Origin: a virus
Lineage: Duplodnaviria > Caudoviricetes
Strand: one strand, 5' to 3'
IMG/VR virus record: IMGVR_UViG_3300028585_000293
Location: 1-49,707 of that record
DNA length: 49,707 nt
Shown here piece by piece: positions 9,137-18,523 of the stretch. Position 1 is the first letter of the stretch, and the number at the start of each line of letters is the position of its first letter. Both the position numbers and the translations under genes were made by a program. The notes beneath the pieces were generated by a model that saw only the letters and a program-made list of their open reading frames with translations, was not told the origin of the DNA and made no database searches.

Positions 9137-12100
9137 GCATTCTCCTCATCTCGAATTTCGACGCCGACGCGGTCGATGTGCTCAAGGCTATTGGCGCTTC
9201 GGCCGGTGTTCTTGGCCGTTTGGTACATGGCCGTAAACATCTCTGCTCGCATGCTCTCGACCTCGCGAGTAAGCCGCTCAACCGCTGCGACCAGAACCTG
9301 ATGGTTCTCGAACGGACTGGTCAGGCGGCGCATCAGCTCGCGGTTGTCAGCCGCAGGGATAATGCGCTCGCCCTCGTGCGCCAAGATCGGCATCGTCGCC
9401 GGCAGGTAATTCGTACCCACCGCGAAGCCACGCAGTTTCTTTTTCGCCTCGTCGCTCGCGAGCATTGCCTCTCGAATGGTCCCAAGTGACATGCCGCTGC
9501 TGACTTTGTCGAGCCAGAACTGCAGGCCGCCAGCGTCAGCTGGGCGCCCGAGCACGTCCTTGTATAGCTTCTGCAGCTGCGCCTCAGGTGAGCCTTTGAT
9601 AGCGCCCACGATGGTGTCGAGTGAAATGCCCGATGCCGCCTTGTCCTTCCAGAAGTCGAGCCCGGCTGCATCCGGCGCCCGGCCCAGCGCCGACTTGTAT
9701 GCGTCGCTGATTGCCGAGCCGGCCGAGTTGACCGGGTTTACACCTGCGGCCAGCACCGCGCTGCGCACTGCCTCGAGTGTCTGCTCGATCGACAAGCCGG
9801 TAATAGAAATCCCTTTCAGGACGTCGATCTGCTCCTGCTCGCGCTCGAGCATCACGTCGAACTGCTTGACCTGGCCCTCCAACTGTTTGAGGCTGCGCTC
9901 TTCCACCGACAGCGCATCGTCGGTCAGACCCGCCAGATCTTCGATGCCGATCCGGGTGGCGTAGAAATCGCGCAGGTAGTCGGTCTGCGTTGCAAACTGG
10001 CTCGAGGCATCCTTACTGACCACTGACAATGCGTTCTTCAGGTCGTCAGCATTCGGCAGTTTGCCGCTCGCTTTCGCGATGGCCAGCGCCGCTTCGATCT
10101 GCGCCTGCGCGGCCTGGCGGTCCTCGGCCTCGCGGCCCTGTACCGTCATGCCATCCAGGGTCGACCGCAGCGATTGCGACAGCGCTTCGATCGTCTGGAT
10201 TGATTTCGTCCGGACGTTGATTTCCTCCTGCAGCGCCTTTTTCTGCCGCTCGACTACCTTTTGCAGCACCGAGAACGCACCATCCACGCCACCCATCAGC
10301 GCGGCCGCATCCGTTTTCACTTGTTCGGTCGCCTTGGCGGCGGCCTGCAAGCCCCACAGTTGCAGCGTGGCGCCGCGCAGCGCCGGGTCTAGCGCCGCCA
10401 GGGCGATGGCCTGCTGCTGCGCCAGCACCGCGGCCGCGCCGGCCTTGTCGCCGTTCAGCTCGTAAATCTGAGCCTGGAGCGACAGCAGCGAGTTCGCCGT
10501 GTCCAGCGCCGCCGCTTCATCCTGCAGGGCGTAGACCCGCTCTTGCAATGGGCGCAGCGAAGCGTCCAGACCGGCCAACTCAGCCGCCCGGCTTGCGGCC
10601 AGAGCGCCGGACTTATTGCCCAGCAGCTCCATAACCTCGATTTCCAGATCGCGCCGCGCTTCCAACCGCGCCGCATCGACGTCGGCGATCTGCTTGAACG
10701 CCGGCGCAATCTGCATCAGCGTGGCATAAGCACGCGCGCCGGCCTCGGTGGTCAAGTCCAGGCCGGTGACCACGCTGCGGAACTGCTGCAGCGAGTCGTC
10801 GGCGCCGGTCTTGATGCCGAACTGGTCGAGCGTCGGCGTGATGCGCGCACGCAGCGAGTTGGCCCGCTCCTGGTCGGTGTAGAAGTCGCTCAGGAACTGG
10901 TCAGCGCTCGAGGTGAATTCGTCCAGGCCACCGACCAGGTCGATCAGCCGCTCACGCGCGCCGACCGATGCCAGGCCCATGGCGCCGAACGTCATCCCCA
11001 TCGAATCCGTAACCACCGTCACAGCCTGGTAGTTGGTGGCCACCCGGGTCAGGGTCTCGAGGTAGCCTTCGCCCACCGCCTGGAACTGCTCCAGACCACC
11101 CACGCCGAACTTGGCCAGGTCGTCGCCGACCTTCGAGAACACCGCCGACAGCTCCTTCTGGATCTCGTCGTCGGACAGCCCTTTCAGGCTGACCTTACCG
11201 ATGTCGACCACGAAGCTATTGAGCTGCGCGGCAAACCCGTCGGCGCCGATGTCGAGCATCGTGCCGGCTTCCAGCACGGTGTCGTACAGCGACATCAGGA
11301 CACTGGCGATCTGGCGGTTACCCTCCAGGCCCAGGCCCTCGAGCGCAGGCTTGGTCTTGTTCTTGCCGAACCAGCCGCCCGACGTCTTGATGTCGGCATA
11401 CTGCATTGAACTGAGAGCGCCGTTCTGGATGCCCTGGAAGGAAATGGGGTCGATGGCGAAACCGGTGTCTTCGACGGTTTTCTTGCCACCGAAGACACTG
11501 GTCATGACTTTGCCGATCTGTTTTCCAAGCACGGCGCCCAATACCGCGCCGATAGCCATGCCGACCGGGCCGCCCAGCATGAGCCCGATCTGGCTGGCAC
11601 CCATACCAACATACGCGCCGCCCATCGCGCCCAGCACCGCTCCGCCGGCCGCGCCGCCGATCCCGATCTCTTTCGAGTCGAACACGTTCGTGCCCATGTC
11701 CTTGCCGAAGTCGCCGGTCACGCCGGTGGTGCGCACCAGCAGCGAGGCGAACTGCCCAATGCCGGCCTCGATGTTGCGCAGCGAGGTCAGCATGCCGTTG
11801 CTGATGCCCAGGCCCTGGAGCGTGGCACCCTCGATGCCATCGAGTGAACGCGCGATCGATTCCGACTTGGCGTCCGAGCCCAGCACCGTGCCGGTGCCCT
11901 GCCTCTCCTGCCGCTGCTGCGTCAGGCTGACCGATCCACCACCGCCGCCGAAAGCGCCGCCCAGAACCGCGGCAATAGCAACGGCCGCCGCTGCCATGCC
12001 CCACGGGCCCAGTGCGCTCATGAACGCCATGAACACACCAGGAACCTTGGCGGTGTTGCGCGCGGCCTCGCCGGCCATAACAGCGGCGGTTTCCACGCCC

Positions 12101-14799
12101 TGGCCGGTCGCCGTGGCGGTGGCCTTGGTAGTGGTCACGAAGAGGTGCGTGTACAGCGACTGCATCTGATTGGCCAGCTCGATCGCGCGATAAGTGCGCT
12201 CGGCCGCCTCCATCACCCGGTAGCCGGTGGAATTCTCCTTGAAGAACCCTTTTGCAGCACCAGCCATGTCCGCGTATGCCGACACGCGCTCACGCTCCTC
12301 AACTGCGTTGATCTTGCCGACCTCGCGTGCAAGGCGCTTCTCATCATCACCGTACTTCAGACGCACCTTGGCCCGGGCCATCCCCGCCGCGGCCTGCCTG
12401 TCGCTGTAGTCTTGGAACGCGCCGGTGAGCTCGCCCAGGGCGCTACCGGCGTTGCCGAACGCGGAGCGCAGCGCCTGGCCGAACGTTTCGACGCGGCCCG
12501 TTTCGAACAGGCTGTCGAGGTCATCACGCACATTCTGCAGCCCTTCCAGCTGCGTGAGCTTGTCGATCGAATCCATCACGGCCAGCATTTCAGTGCCGTA
12601 GTTGTTGGCCGCGATCAGGTCGGCTCGGCGCGCCTCGAGTTTGGCCAGGTTGTAGCGCGTGATGGCGGCGGCGCCCATGCCGTAAGTGTCGATCTCCTGC
12701 TGCATCTGGTCGATGCTGCCCTGCAGGCTGGACTGCTCCTGCGCTCGCGCTTCAGCCTGCGCCTTGATTGCGCTGTCGTACTGCTCGCGTGACAGCGTAG
12801 ACGCGTCGACTGCCTCCTTCTCCAGCGTCAGCGCCAGGGCGCTTTCCATGATTTCAAGCCTCAGTGAGGCTGTTGGAGCCAGAGCGGCTGCACGCGCCGC
12901 GTTTAGCATTCTCAGCTGATCACCACCCAGACCGAGTTCTTCGCGCTCGTGCTTAAGGCCAGCAATGAACTCGCCTGCCGCTTTGGTGGCCGACTCGTAG
13001 GCATTCTTCTGAGCGTCGGCGTGCTTCTTCGCTCTAGCCTCGGACTCCTTATACGCATCCGACGCCTTGTACGTCTCGCTTGCGAGCTTCGAGACAAGTT
13101 CGGTATATTCATCCTGGCTGACGGCGCCTTTATCAAGCGCAGATTTCAACACGCCAAGGTCTTTGATGTACTGCTGGTTGACACCGTTCAGACGCTCGCG
13201 GACTGCTACAACGTCTTTCGCGATCTGGCCGTTTGCTTCGCTTTCACGCTTGAGATCGGCGTTGTCCAGAATTTCTTTGTTCAAGGCGCTGTAGATTCCC
13301 TGCAGCGAGATGAGCCGGATCTGATCCGACGCGTCGAGTTGCCCGCCACGCTGTTTTAGAGCGTTGATTTCACGCAGGGTTTCCCGCAACTCCTCGGAGC
13401 CGGTCCCTTCGCCTGTAACGGCGCCGCTCGCTCCTGCATTCTGCAACGCGATCCGCTCGCGAAGCATCGCGTTCACCTTCGACAGGCTCTCGGTGATTTC
13501 GCCGGCACTGGCCTTGGTGTCCGATGCTGCTTTTTCGTTCGCCTTGGTCTGGGAGTACTCGTAGGCGCCCCAAGCCGTGGCCGCGATGCCAAGTGCAGTG
13601 ATGATCAAGCCGAATGGCCCGCCGGTCAGCGCTAGGAGCGCGTTCAGCGCGCGCGTGCTTGCCGCCGCTGCACTCTGCGCAGTGACCAGGCCAAACATCG
13701 CTGCGCTGTGCGTGGCTGCTGCGGCCGCTGCAGCGCGCTGCGCGGGCACAAGCCCATTCATTGTCAAGGCGAGACGAATATTGCTGGCAGCACCCACAGT
13801 GGCTGCGCGGATCTCAGCCAGACGCGCGTTAGCCAGAAGGGATGCTTGGGCGGTGGCCGTCGCATTTGCCTGTGCGGCTGCCACGTTCGACGCGATCAAC
13901 GCGTTATTTGCCCGTACCGAGGCTACCGTTCTGGTGACTAATGAGTCCAGGAAGTTGACCGCCTTGACGGCCACCACCGTCAGTAGCGCGCCGGCGACGA
14001 TATGCAGATTGTTCGCCAATCCTGTCATCAGCCCGGCGATGGCCGACACCGCGCCCGACGCTTGCGCGGTCGAACCGACGAACTCGATAGTGTTGTTTTT
14101 GAGCAGTACGAATGAGCCGGAGATGGTCTGAATATTCTTCGCTTCTTCACGCAGGGAAGCCAGCGCTTTCGGCAGAACATTGGCCATGATCTCTGAAGTG
14201 ATTAGGCCTTCCTCGGCCATTTTCTTGAGAGCGCCAACAGGCACGCCGATGCCATCAGCCAGCGCTTTCATGAGCCTGGGAGCCGCCTCGTTCACCGAGT
14301 TGAATTCCTCGCCGCGCAAGGTGCCTGATGCGAACGCCTGCGACAACTGCAGCTGCGCGGAAGCAGCTTCACTAGCAGTAGCACCGGATACCAAGAGAGA
14401 CAGGTTGACTGTCTCGACGATATTGCTAAGTTGCTTCTGCGACACGCCCAGCTCCCGCGTACCATTCGCAATCCGGGCGTAGAGGACACCTGTTTCCTGC
14501 AAGCCCTGCGTCGAGCCCGCGGCGATTCGCTTCACGTCCGCGTACGCCGTGTTGTATTCGCGCTGAGACTGAGTGGCGAGCTTTAGTTGAGAGGTAAATT
14601 TGACGTATTGATCGACCATAGTGGCCAACTGCTGCACGCCAACACCTGCGGCAATCGACGCAATGGCCGCTTTCGCTGCGTTGGCAGCGCGCTCCATGCC
14701 AGCCGTCGCATTACTTACGCTCTGGCGCGCTGCGGTCATGTCACGCTGCAGGCGCGCAATATCGGCCATCAGACGGATCTCGAGATTGCCAACGATCAT
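9133..14799 (-). CDS. Tape measure protein (1888 aa) with C-terminal DUF4214-like repeats
   Basis: Tape_meas N-domain (QLSQAFASGTLRGEEFNSVNE), long Ala-rich helices, TM-like Gly segments and terminal GFAVGTNY...AHEGERIIPAADN. Confidence 0.95.
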   Translation of the reverse strand: MIVGNLEIRLMADIARLQRDMTAARQSVSNATAGMERAANAAKAAIASIAAGVGVQQLATMVDQYVKFTSQLKLATQSQREYNTAYADVKRIAAGSTQGLQETGVLYARIANGTRELGVSQKQLSNIVETVNLSLLVSGATASEAASAQLQLSQAFASGTLRGEEFNSVNEAAPRLMKALADGIGVPVGALKKMAEEGLITSEIMANVLPKALASLREEAKNIQTISGSFVLLKNNTIEFVGSTAQASGAVSAIAGLMTGLANNLHIVAGALLTVVAVKAVNFLDSLVTRTVASVRANNALIASNVAAAQANATATAQASLLANARLAEIRAATVGAASNIRLALTMNGLVPAQRAAAAAAATHSAAMFGLVTAQSAAAASTRALNALLALTGGPFGLIITALGIAATAWGAYEYSQTKANEKAASDTKASAGEITESLSKVNAMLRERIALQNAGASGAVTGEGTGSEELRETLREINALKQRGGQLDASDQIRLISLQGIYSALNKEILDNADLKRESEANGQIAKDVVAVRERLNGVNQQYIKDLGVLKSALDKGAVSQDEYTELVSKLASETYKASDAYKESEARAKKHADAQKNAYESATKAAGEFIAGLKHEREELGLGGDQLRMLNAARAAALAPTASLRLEIMESALALTLEKEAVDASTLSREQYDSAIKAQAEARAQEQSSLQGSIDQMQQEIDTYGMGAAAITRYNLAKLEARRADLIAANNYGTEMLAVMDSIDKLTQLEGLQNVRDDLDSLFETGRVETFGQALRSAFGNAGSALGELTGAFQDYSDRQAAAGMARAKVRLKYGDDEKRLAREVGKINAVEERERVSAYADMAGAAKGFFKENSTGYRVMEAAERTYRAIELANQMQSLYTHLFVTTTKATATATGQGVETAAVMAGEAARNTAKVPGVFMAFMSALGPWGMAAAAVAIAAVLGGAFGGGGGSVSLTQQRQERQGTGTVLGSDAKSESIARSLDGIEGATLQGLGISNGMLTSLRNIEAGIGQFASLLVRTTGVTGDFGKDMGTNVFDSKEIGIGGAAGGAVLGAMGGAYVGMGASQIGLMLGGPVGMAIGAVLGAVLGKQIGKVMTSVFGGKKTVEDTGFAIDPISFQGIQNGALSSMQYADIKTSGGWFGKNKTKPALEGLGLEGNRQIASVLMSLYDTVLEAGTMLDIGADGFAAQLNSFVVDIGKVSLKGLSDDEIQKELSAVFSKVGDDLAKFGVGGLEQFQAVGEGYLETLTRVATNYQAVTVVTDSMGMTFGAMGLASVGARERLIDLVGGLDEFTSSADQFLSDFYTDQERANSLRARITPTLDQFGIKTGADDSLQQFRSVVTGLDLTTEAGARAYATLMQIAPAFKQIADVDAARLEARRDLEIEVMELLGNKSGALAASRAAELAGLDASLRPLQERVYALQDEAAALDTANSLLSLQAQIYELNGDKAGAAAVLAQQQAIALAALDPALRGATLQLWGLQAAAKATEQVKTDAAALMGGVDGAFSVLQKVVERQKKALQEEINVRTKSIQTIEALSQSLRSTLDGMTVQGREAEDRQAAQAQIEAALAIAKASGKLPNADDLKNALSVVSKDASSQFATQTDYLRDFYATRIGIEDLAGLTDDALSVEERSLKQLEGQVKQFDVMLEREQEQIDVLKGISITGLSIEQTLEAVRSAVLAAGVNPVNSAGSAISDAYKSALGRAPDAAGLDFWKDKAASGISLDTIVGAIKGSPEAQLQKLYKDVLGRPADAGGLQFWLDKVSSGMSLGTIREAMLASDEAKKKLRGFAVGTNYLPATMPILAHEGERIIPAADNRELMRRLTSPFENHQVLVAAVERLTREVESMRAEMFTAMYQTAKNTGRSANSLEHIDRVGVEIRDEENA

Positions 14800-14841
14800 G
14801 CGACACCTAAAAAGAGAATGCCCAGCAATGCCGGGCAGGGT

Positions 14842-15291
14842 TTAGCTGAAGAACACGCTCAGTGCGCGGTCCATTTCGGCCTGCTTGAGCCTTGCGGCGT
14901 CGGTCGATTCCGTGAACGGCGGCGGGCAATCCGGCTTCGTCGCCTTGAACGACTCGTTCAAGTACTCGATCGACAGCCTGCGCAGCGTCTTGCACTCCCA
15001 AGGCGATAAGCGGATGCCTTCGTTCTCCTGGTAGTTCCGCAGCTCAGTGTTGTCGATCGCCGCGTCGCCCAGCGTGGGGCCAACCTGCCACAGATGCGCG
15101 AGCAGGTACTGAGCGGCGCCGGGGTCCGGCATGTCCGGTTCGAAGTCCTCGTCCCGGGCGGCGTCTTTCAAGCGCTGCACCCTCGTCTTCGAAGGCGCCT
15201 TCGACTTGTCGGATTCCGGCTTGTCCGGCGCGGCGCCGAGCCACGCGCTGTGCCGGACGTAGAGGCTCAGATCATCGCCCGCCAGGGTTAG
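14842..15291 (-). CDS. Tail assembly chaperone, frameshift extension (gpT-like)
   Basis: The -1 frame is open from the slippery site (LTLAGDDLSLYVRHSAWL...) into ORF 14842-15180. Confidence 0.8.
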   Translation of the reverse strand, partial: LTLAGDDLSLYVRHSAWLGAAPDKPESDKSKAPSKTRVQRLKDAARDEDFEPDMPDPGAAQYLLAHLWQVGPTLGDAAIDNTELRNYQENEGIRLSPWECKTLRRLSIEYLNESFKATKPDCPPPFTESTDAARLKQAEMDRALSVFFS

Positions 15292-15692
15292 AAATTTCCC
15301 CAGTCACCGTGGAAGGCGGCCACCTGGTCGGTGATATAGCCGAGCTTCGGATTGCTGAACACTTCCTGCGGCGATGCCGGGAAGTTCTCGAAGCGAACCG
15401 TCACGGCCAGCAGCTTTTCGACGCGCTCGGCGCGCTTGCTTTCGACCGTTTCCTTGCTGGCCTTGCCGCGCATGGCCGCGTAGGTGCGGGTCGTAGCCGC
15501 GGTCTCCAGCTTGTGCTGGGCGCTCGATGCTTCCTTGGTGCCGGGGCTGCGAATTTCGACACGTACCGGCAGGCCGCCGACGAGCAGCGGGCCGTCGCCC
15601 TTGATGTTTTCCAGTTCCAGCCACGCGGTATCCGACGCCTCGAAATCGGCTAGGTTGAAAGCGGTAGCAGCTGCGGTGTTTTGGTATTCCAT
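15288..15692 (-). CDS. Tail assembly chaperone (gpG-like)
   Basis: ATG 15692 after an AAGGAA RBS; lies between the major tail and tape measure genes and ends GGA AAT TTC TAA. Confidence 0.85.
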   Translation of the reverse strand: MEYQNTAAATAFNLADFEASDTAWLELENIKGDGPLLVGGLPVRVEIRSPGTKEASSAQHKLETAATTRTYAAMRGKASKETVESKRAERVEKLLAVTVRFENFPASPQEVFSNPKLGYITDQVAAFHGDWGNF

Positions 15693-15802
15693 GATGATTC
15701 CTTTTTTCGCGGTAGAAATGAATGCCCGTGCCTGCCGCCGCTCCCCGCGAAAGGAAGACGGCGGCCGGTCGGTGCCAGGTGATGGCCAGGTGGCCGTGAT
15801 GA

Positions 15803-16267
15803 TTACGCGGTGACGGTGTCGGTCTGGCGCAGCAGCGTGAACTGGCCTTTGACAGCATCGTCGGAGGTGCCGTTGTTCTCGACGAACTTCGAAACTTGGG
15901 CGGTGAAGTAGCGGGTGGTCTCGGTGTCCTGCTTGATCAGCTTGAACGAGGGACTCGAGTAATTCTTGGATGCTGCCGCGATCAGGATCTGGCCGGCATC
16001 GTCTTCGGCCCATTCACACTCGAATTCGGCGTTGGGCAACTTGAACGAGCCCTTCTTTTCGCGTGTCTGCGCGTCCCCGATGGTCGTGCTCGAAGACGTT
16101 GCATATTCCCGGCCGACGACGCTGCCGATAGAGGTCAGCTGGCCAACCTCGACCCAGGTGAGCAGCGCGAATGCGGCTGGAGCGCCGGCGCCCTCGGTGA
16201 CAGTCGGCGCCGCGGTCGAGATGTACAACTTACTGCCGGCGACGGTATCGAAACCTTTTTCTGCCAT
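15803..16267 (-). CDS. Major tail tube protein
   Basis: TVAGSKLYIS...WVEVG...KGS...DDAGQ motifs, strong GGAG RBS and expected position. Confidence 0.85.
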   Translation of the reverse strand: MAEKGFDTVAGSKLYISTAAPTVTEGAGAPAAFALLTWVEVGQLTSIGSVVGREYATSSSTTIGDAQTREKKGSFKLPNAEFECEWAEDDAGQILIAAASKNYSSPSFKLIKQDTETTRYFTAQVSKFVENNGTSDDAVKGQFTLLRQTDTVTA

Positions 16268-16282
16268 GGTAAAACTCCTATG

Positions 16283-16356
16283 AAAAAAGCCCGCTCGCTG
16301 GATGCGATACGGGCGGGCTGCAAAATCAGGATGTAAAAAAAGCCGGCTGGGCCGGC
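16283..16356 (-). terminator. Two tandem intrinsic terminators upstream of the major tail gene
   Basis: GCCGGC-CCA-GCCGGC-T7 (16335-16356) and AGCCCGCCCG...CGAGCGGGC-T6 (16283-16319). Confidence 0.65.
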
Positions 16357-16375
16357 GTGACTGGATCTGCTGTTG

Positions 16376-16774
16376 CTACGGCTCGATGAACGTCACCTTA
16401 AAGTCGCGCGACTGTTCGAACGTCGGGATTGCTGGGTTGCCCATGTCGGGGCCGATCATGTCTCGTAGGACGCTACGCACGGCGAAGCCTGCGACCTGGC
16501 CGGTGAACACGCCGTTGCCTAGCTTGGCCGCCTTTAAGATGGCCTTCTGCTGCGGGTAGGACGCGGCATATACCGTCACCTGGACGCGCGACGTGATCAA
16601 CGTGTTGCCGGCGCGCGCCACCGTGTCTTTCTCGACAGCGCTAATTTCGCGGATGCCGATCGCCGGCAGGTCGCCATCCGGCACGTCGCCTGCGACAATG
16701 CGCACCGGCGGCACGAGCGCGACCAGGGGCGCGTGGCCAACCAGCAGCGCGCGCATGATCATGACCGCGCTCAT
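16376..16774 (-). CDS. Tail terminator/completion protein (DUF3168/gp17-like)
   Basis: LPAI...RVQVTVYAASY motif and synteny. Confidence 0.8.
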   Translation of the reverse strand: MSAVMIMRALLVGHAPLVALVPPVRIVAGDVPDGDLPAIGIREISAVEKDTVARAGNTLITSRVQVTVYAASYPQQKAILKAAKLGNGVFTGQVAGFAVRSVLRDMIGPDMGNPAIPTFEQSRDFKVTFIEP

Positions 16775-17019
16775 TTGCGCCGCCTGGACTTCAGGGGAAT
16801 TGGCTCAGGCAACTCGCCGGCTTCGGCGTCCGCCGACTCAGGCTCAGGCGTGACCGCAGCTACAACTACGGCTACCGCGACACGCTGCTTTATGTGGTGC
16901 CGGGCCAGGCGCTCGCCACGCGGCGAATCGACCGTCTCGTATTCGCTGCCTTCGACCAGTTCGCGCACGGTCTCGCCGTCGAGCGATCCCTGCACGGTTT
17001 GCGTCATGCGGATTTTCAT
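16771..17019 (-). CDS. Hypothetical phage protein
   Basis: 82-aa ORF with ATGA coupling on both sides. Confidence 0.7.
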   Translation of the reverse strand: MKIRMTQTVQGSLDGETVRELVEGSEYETVDSPRGERLARHHIKQRVAVAVVVAAVTPEPESADAEAGELPEPIPLKSRRRK

Positions 17020-17498
17020 TCTGCCTCCGGTGCCGGGACGTTGAGACCCTCTTTAGTGAGCCGTTCGCGAAGCTTCTGGCCGACCGCTTGGATCGCCGCT
17101 GGTGGTTTGGCATCGAACGCAGGCCGCATGAACGGGTGCGGCTTCGCGCCCGGGTGGTCGACCGAGAAGACAACACCTCCACCGACAGTGATCCCGCCGC
17201 CCTTCTTTGCTTTGAGCTGGTGCGGCTTGGTGCCGAACTCGACCAAATGCGCGTGCGGCGCGAGCTTGCCGCCAACCTTGAGCTTCGCGGTGACGCGCCC
17301 CTTCTTGGAGTTCGTCGAGACCTTGATGCTCCGGCGCAGCGCACCCGAATCGACCGGTGCCTTCGCTTTCGCCTCCTCGCGGAAGACGGCGGCGCCGGCG
17401 CGCAGTGCCGCGCGGAGAATATTTCGTTCCACCTTCACGGGAAGGGATTGCAGCATGGCGTCGAGCGCGCGCCCGCCCACGATTGTTTGGTCAGCCAT
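17016..17498 (-). CDS. HK97 gp10-family neck/tail protein
   Basis: APVDSGALRRSI, LVEFGT and PHPFMRPAFD motifs. Confidence 0.92.
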   Translation of the reverse strand: MADQTIVGGRALDAMLQSLPVKVERNILRAALRAGAAVFREEAKAKAPVDSGALRRSIKVSTNSKKGRVTAKLKVGGKLAPHAHLVEFGTKPHQLKAKKGGGITVGGGVVFSVDHPGAKPHPFMRPAFDAKPPAAIQAVGQKLRERLTKEGLNVPAPEAE

Positions 17499-17838
17499 TT
17501 TTGAAGCCCTCCAGCATAAATTCGATGTGTCGCCGGTCGTCCAGCAGCGCCGGCCCAGCGATGATCTGCATGATCCGATCGCGTTTGCCGTGCAGCGTGA
17601 CCCGCATGGCGGTCGTGATCCGGTCGTCGTTCTGGATCCGCAGGCGCGTCCGTGTCACTGATGTCGCCAAACCGTTGCTCACGAACTCACCGCGGCTTGG
17701 CAGCTGGTCCTGGGCATTGCACCAGATCTCGGCAGCGACGACTTCCCAGCTTTCGATCGGGGTGCCGTAATCCGGATCTTGGCCGACGACCCGCTGCTCG
17801 ATCGTCACCTGCTCGTCGAGTCGAAACGGCGCCGTCAT
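17491..17838 (-). CDS. Head-closure (head-tail adaptor) protein
   Basis: ATG 17838 overlaps the upstream stop; QVTIEQR...DYGTPIESW...ITTAMRV motifs. Confidence 0.85.
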   Translation of the reverse strand: MTAPFRLDEQVTIEQRVVGQDPDYGTPIESWEVVAAEIWCNAQDQLPSRGEFVSNGLATSVTRTRLRIQNDDRITTAMRVTLHGKRDRIMQIIAGPALLDDRRHIEFMLEGFKNG

Positions 17839-18380
17839 CCGTACACCATGAAGCGGTCGAGCCGCCGCGCCAAGTGGTGGGCGTTCGGGTTCGGGTAATA
17901 GTGGTGCTCGAGCATGCCCAAGATGTATTCCTTGATCGCGGGCGGCACACCGGCCTCGGTCAGCCCGTAGCCGCAAACGTACTGCACCCCGACCGCATGG
18001 ATGCGGCCCTGCGTCGATGGCCACCCACAGCCGGGCGCCCGCACGATCCAGCCGGGAGCGCTCTTCGTGTCCGCAAGGTAGTCTTGTGGATCCAAAGTGC
18101 GCTGCACACCGTCGACGTCGAAGAACTTCACGTGGTCGACGCTGGCCAGCGGCGCCATTGGCAACTTAATCGAGCCCGACACCGGGAAATAGTCGAGCGC
18201 CACCTCCCAGGTCTGGGTGATCAGCGCGCGGCCGATCTTGTGCTCCACCTCCTCGGTGATGCCGCGGACCTTGTCCTCGAGCTCGGCGTCCAGGGCTGTG
18301 CCGCTGGCGCGCGCGGCGCGGCGGGCCGCGTCGATGGACACCGCCATCGCGACCGGCGGAATGATCTGTCGTTTGGTCAT
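17835..18380 (-). CDS. Head-tail connector (gp6-like)
   Basis: GRALITQTW, LPMAPLASV and YVCGYG...VPPAIK motifs. Confidence 0.9.
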   Translation of the reverse strand: MTKRQIIPPVAMAVSIDAARRAARASGTALDAELEDKVRGITEEVEHKIGRALITQTWEVALDYFPVSGSIKLPMAPLASVDHVKFFDVDGVQRTLDPQDYLADTKSAPGWIVRAPGCGWPSTQGRIHAVGVQYVCGYGLTEAGVPPAIKEYILGMLEHHYYPNPNAHHLARRLDRFMVYG

Positions 18381-18523
18381 CGGGTCGTTCCCTGTATTGC
18401 TGGCGGCCGGCTGGTGTCCGCCGGTGCGCCGGATGCCTTTGGCGCGCGCACGTAGGCGGGCTCCTGCTGCTGCTTCTGCAGCTCAGCGTTCGGCACGCGC
18501 GGCAGTTTCGATGCGTCGATCAT
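18377..18523 (-). CDS. Small hypothetical protein (48 aa)
   Basis: MIDASKLPRVPNAELQ..., translationally coupled at both ends (TGATG, ATGA). Confidence 0.5.
   Translation of the reverse strand: MIDASKLPRVPNAELQKQQQEPAYVRAPKASGAPADTSRPPAIQGTTR

Noticed and set aside
15720-15800. Hairpin between the major tail and chaperone genes as a novel ncRNA
   Set aside because: A single GC-rich stem; an mRNA stability or attenuation element is a sufficient explanation.
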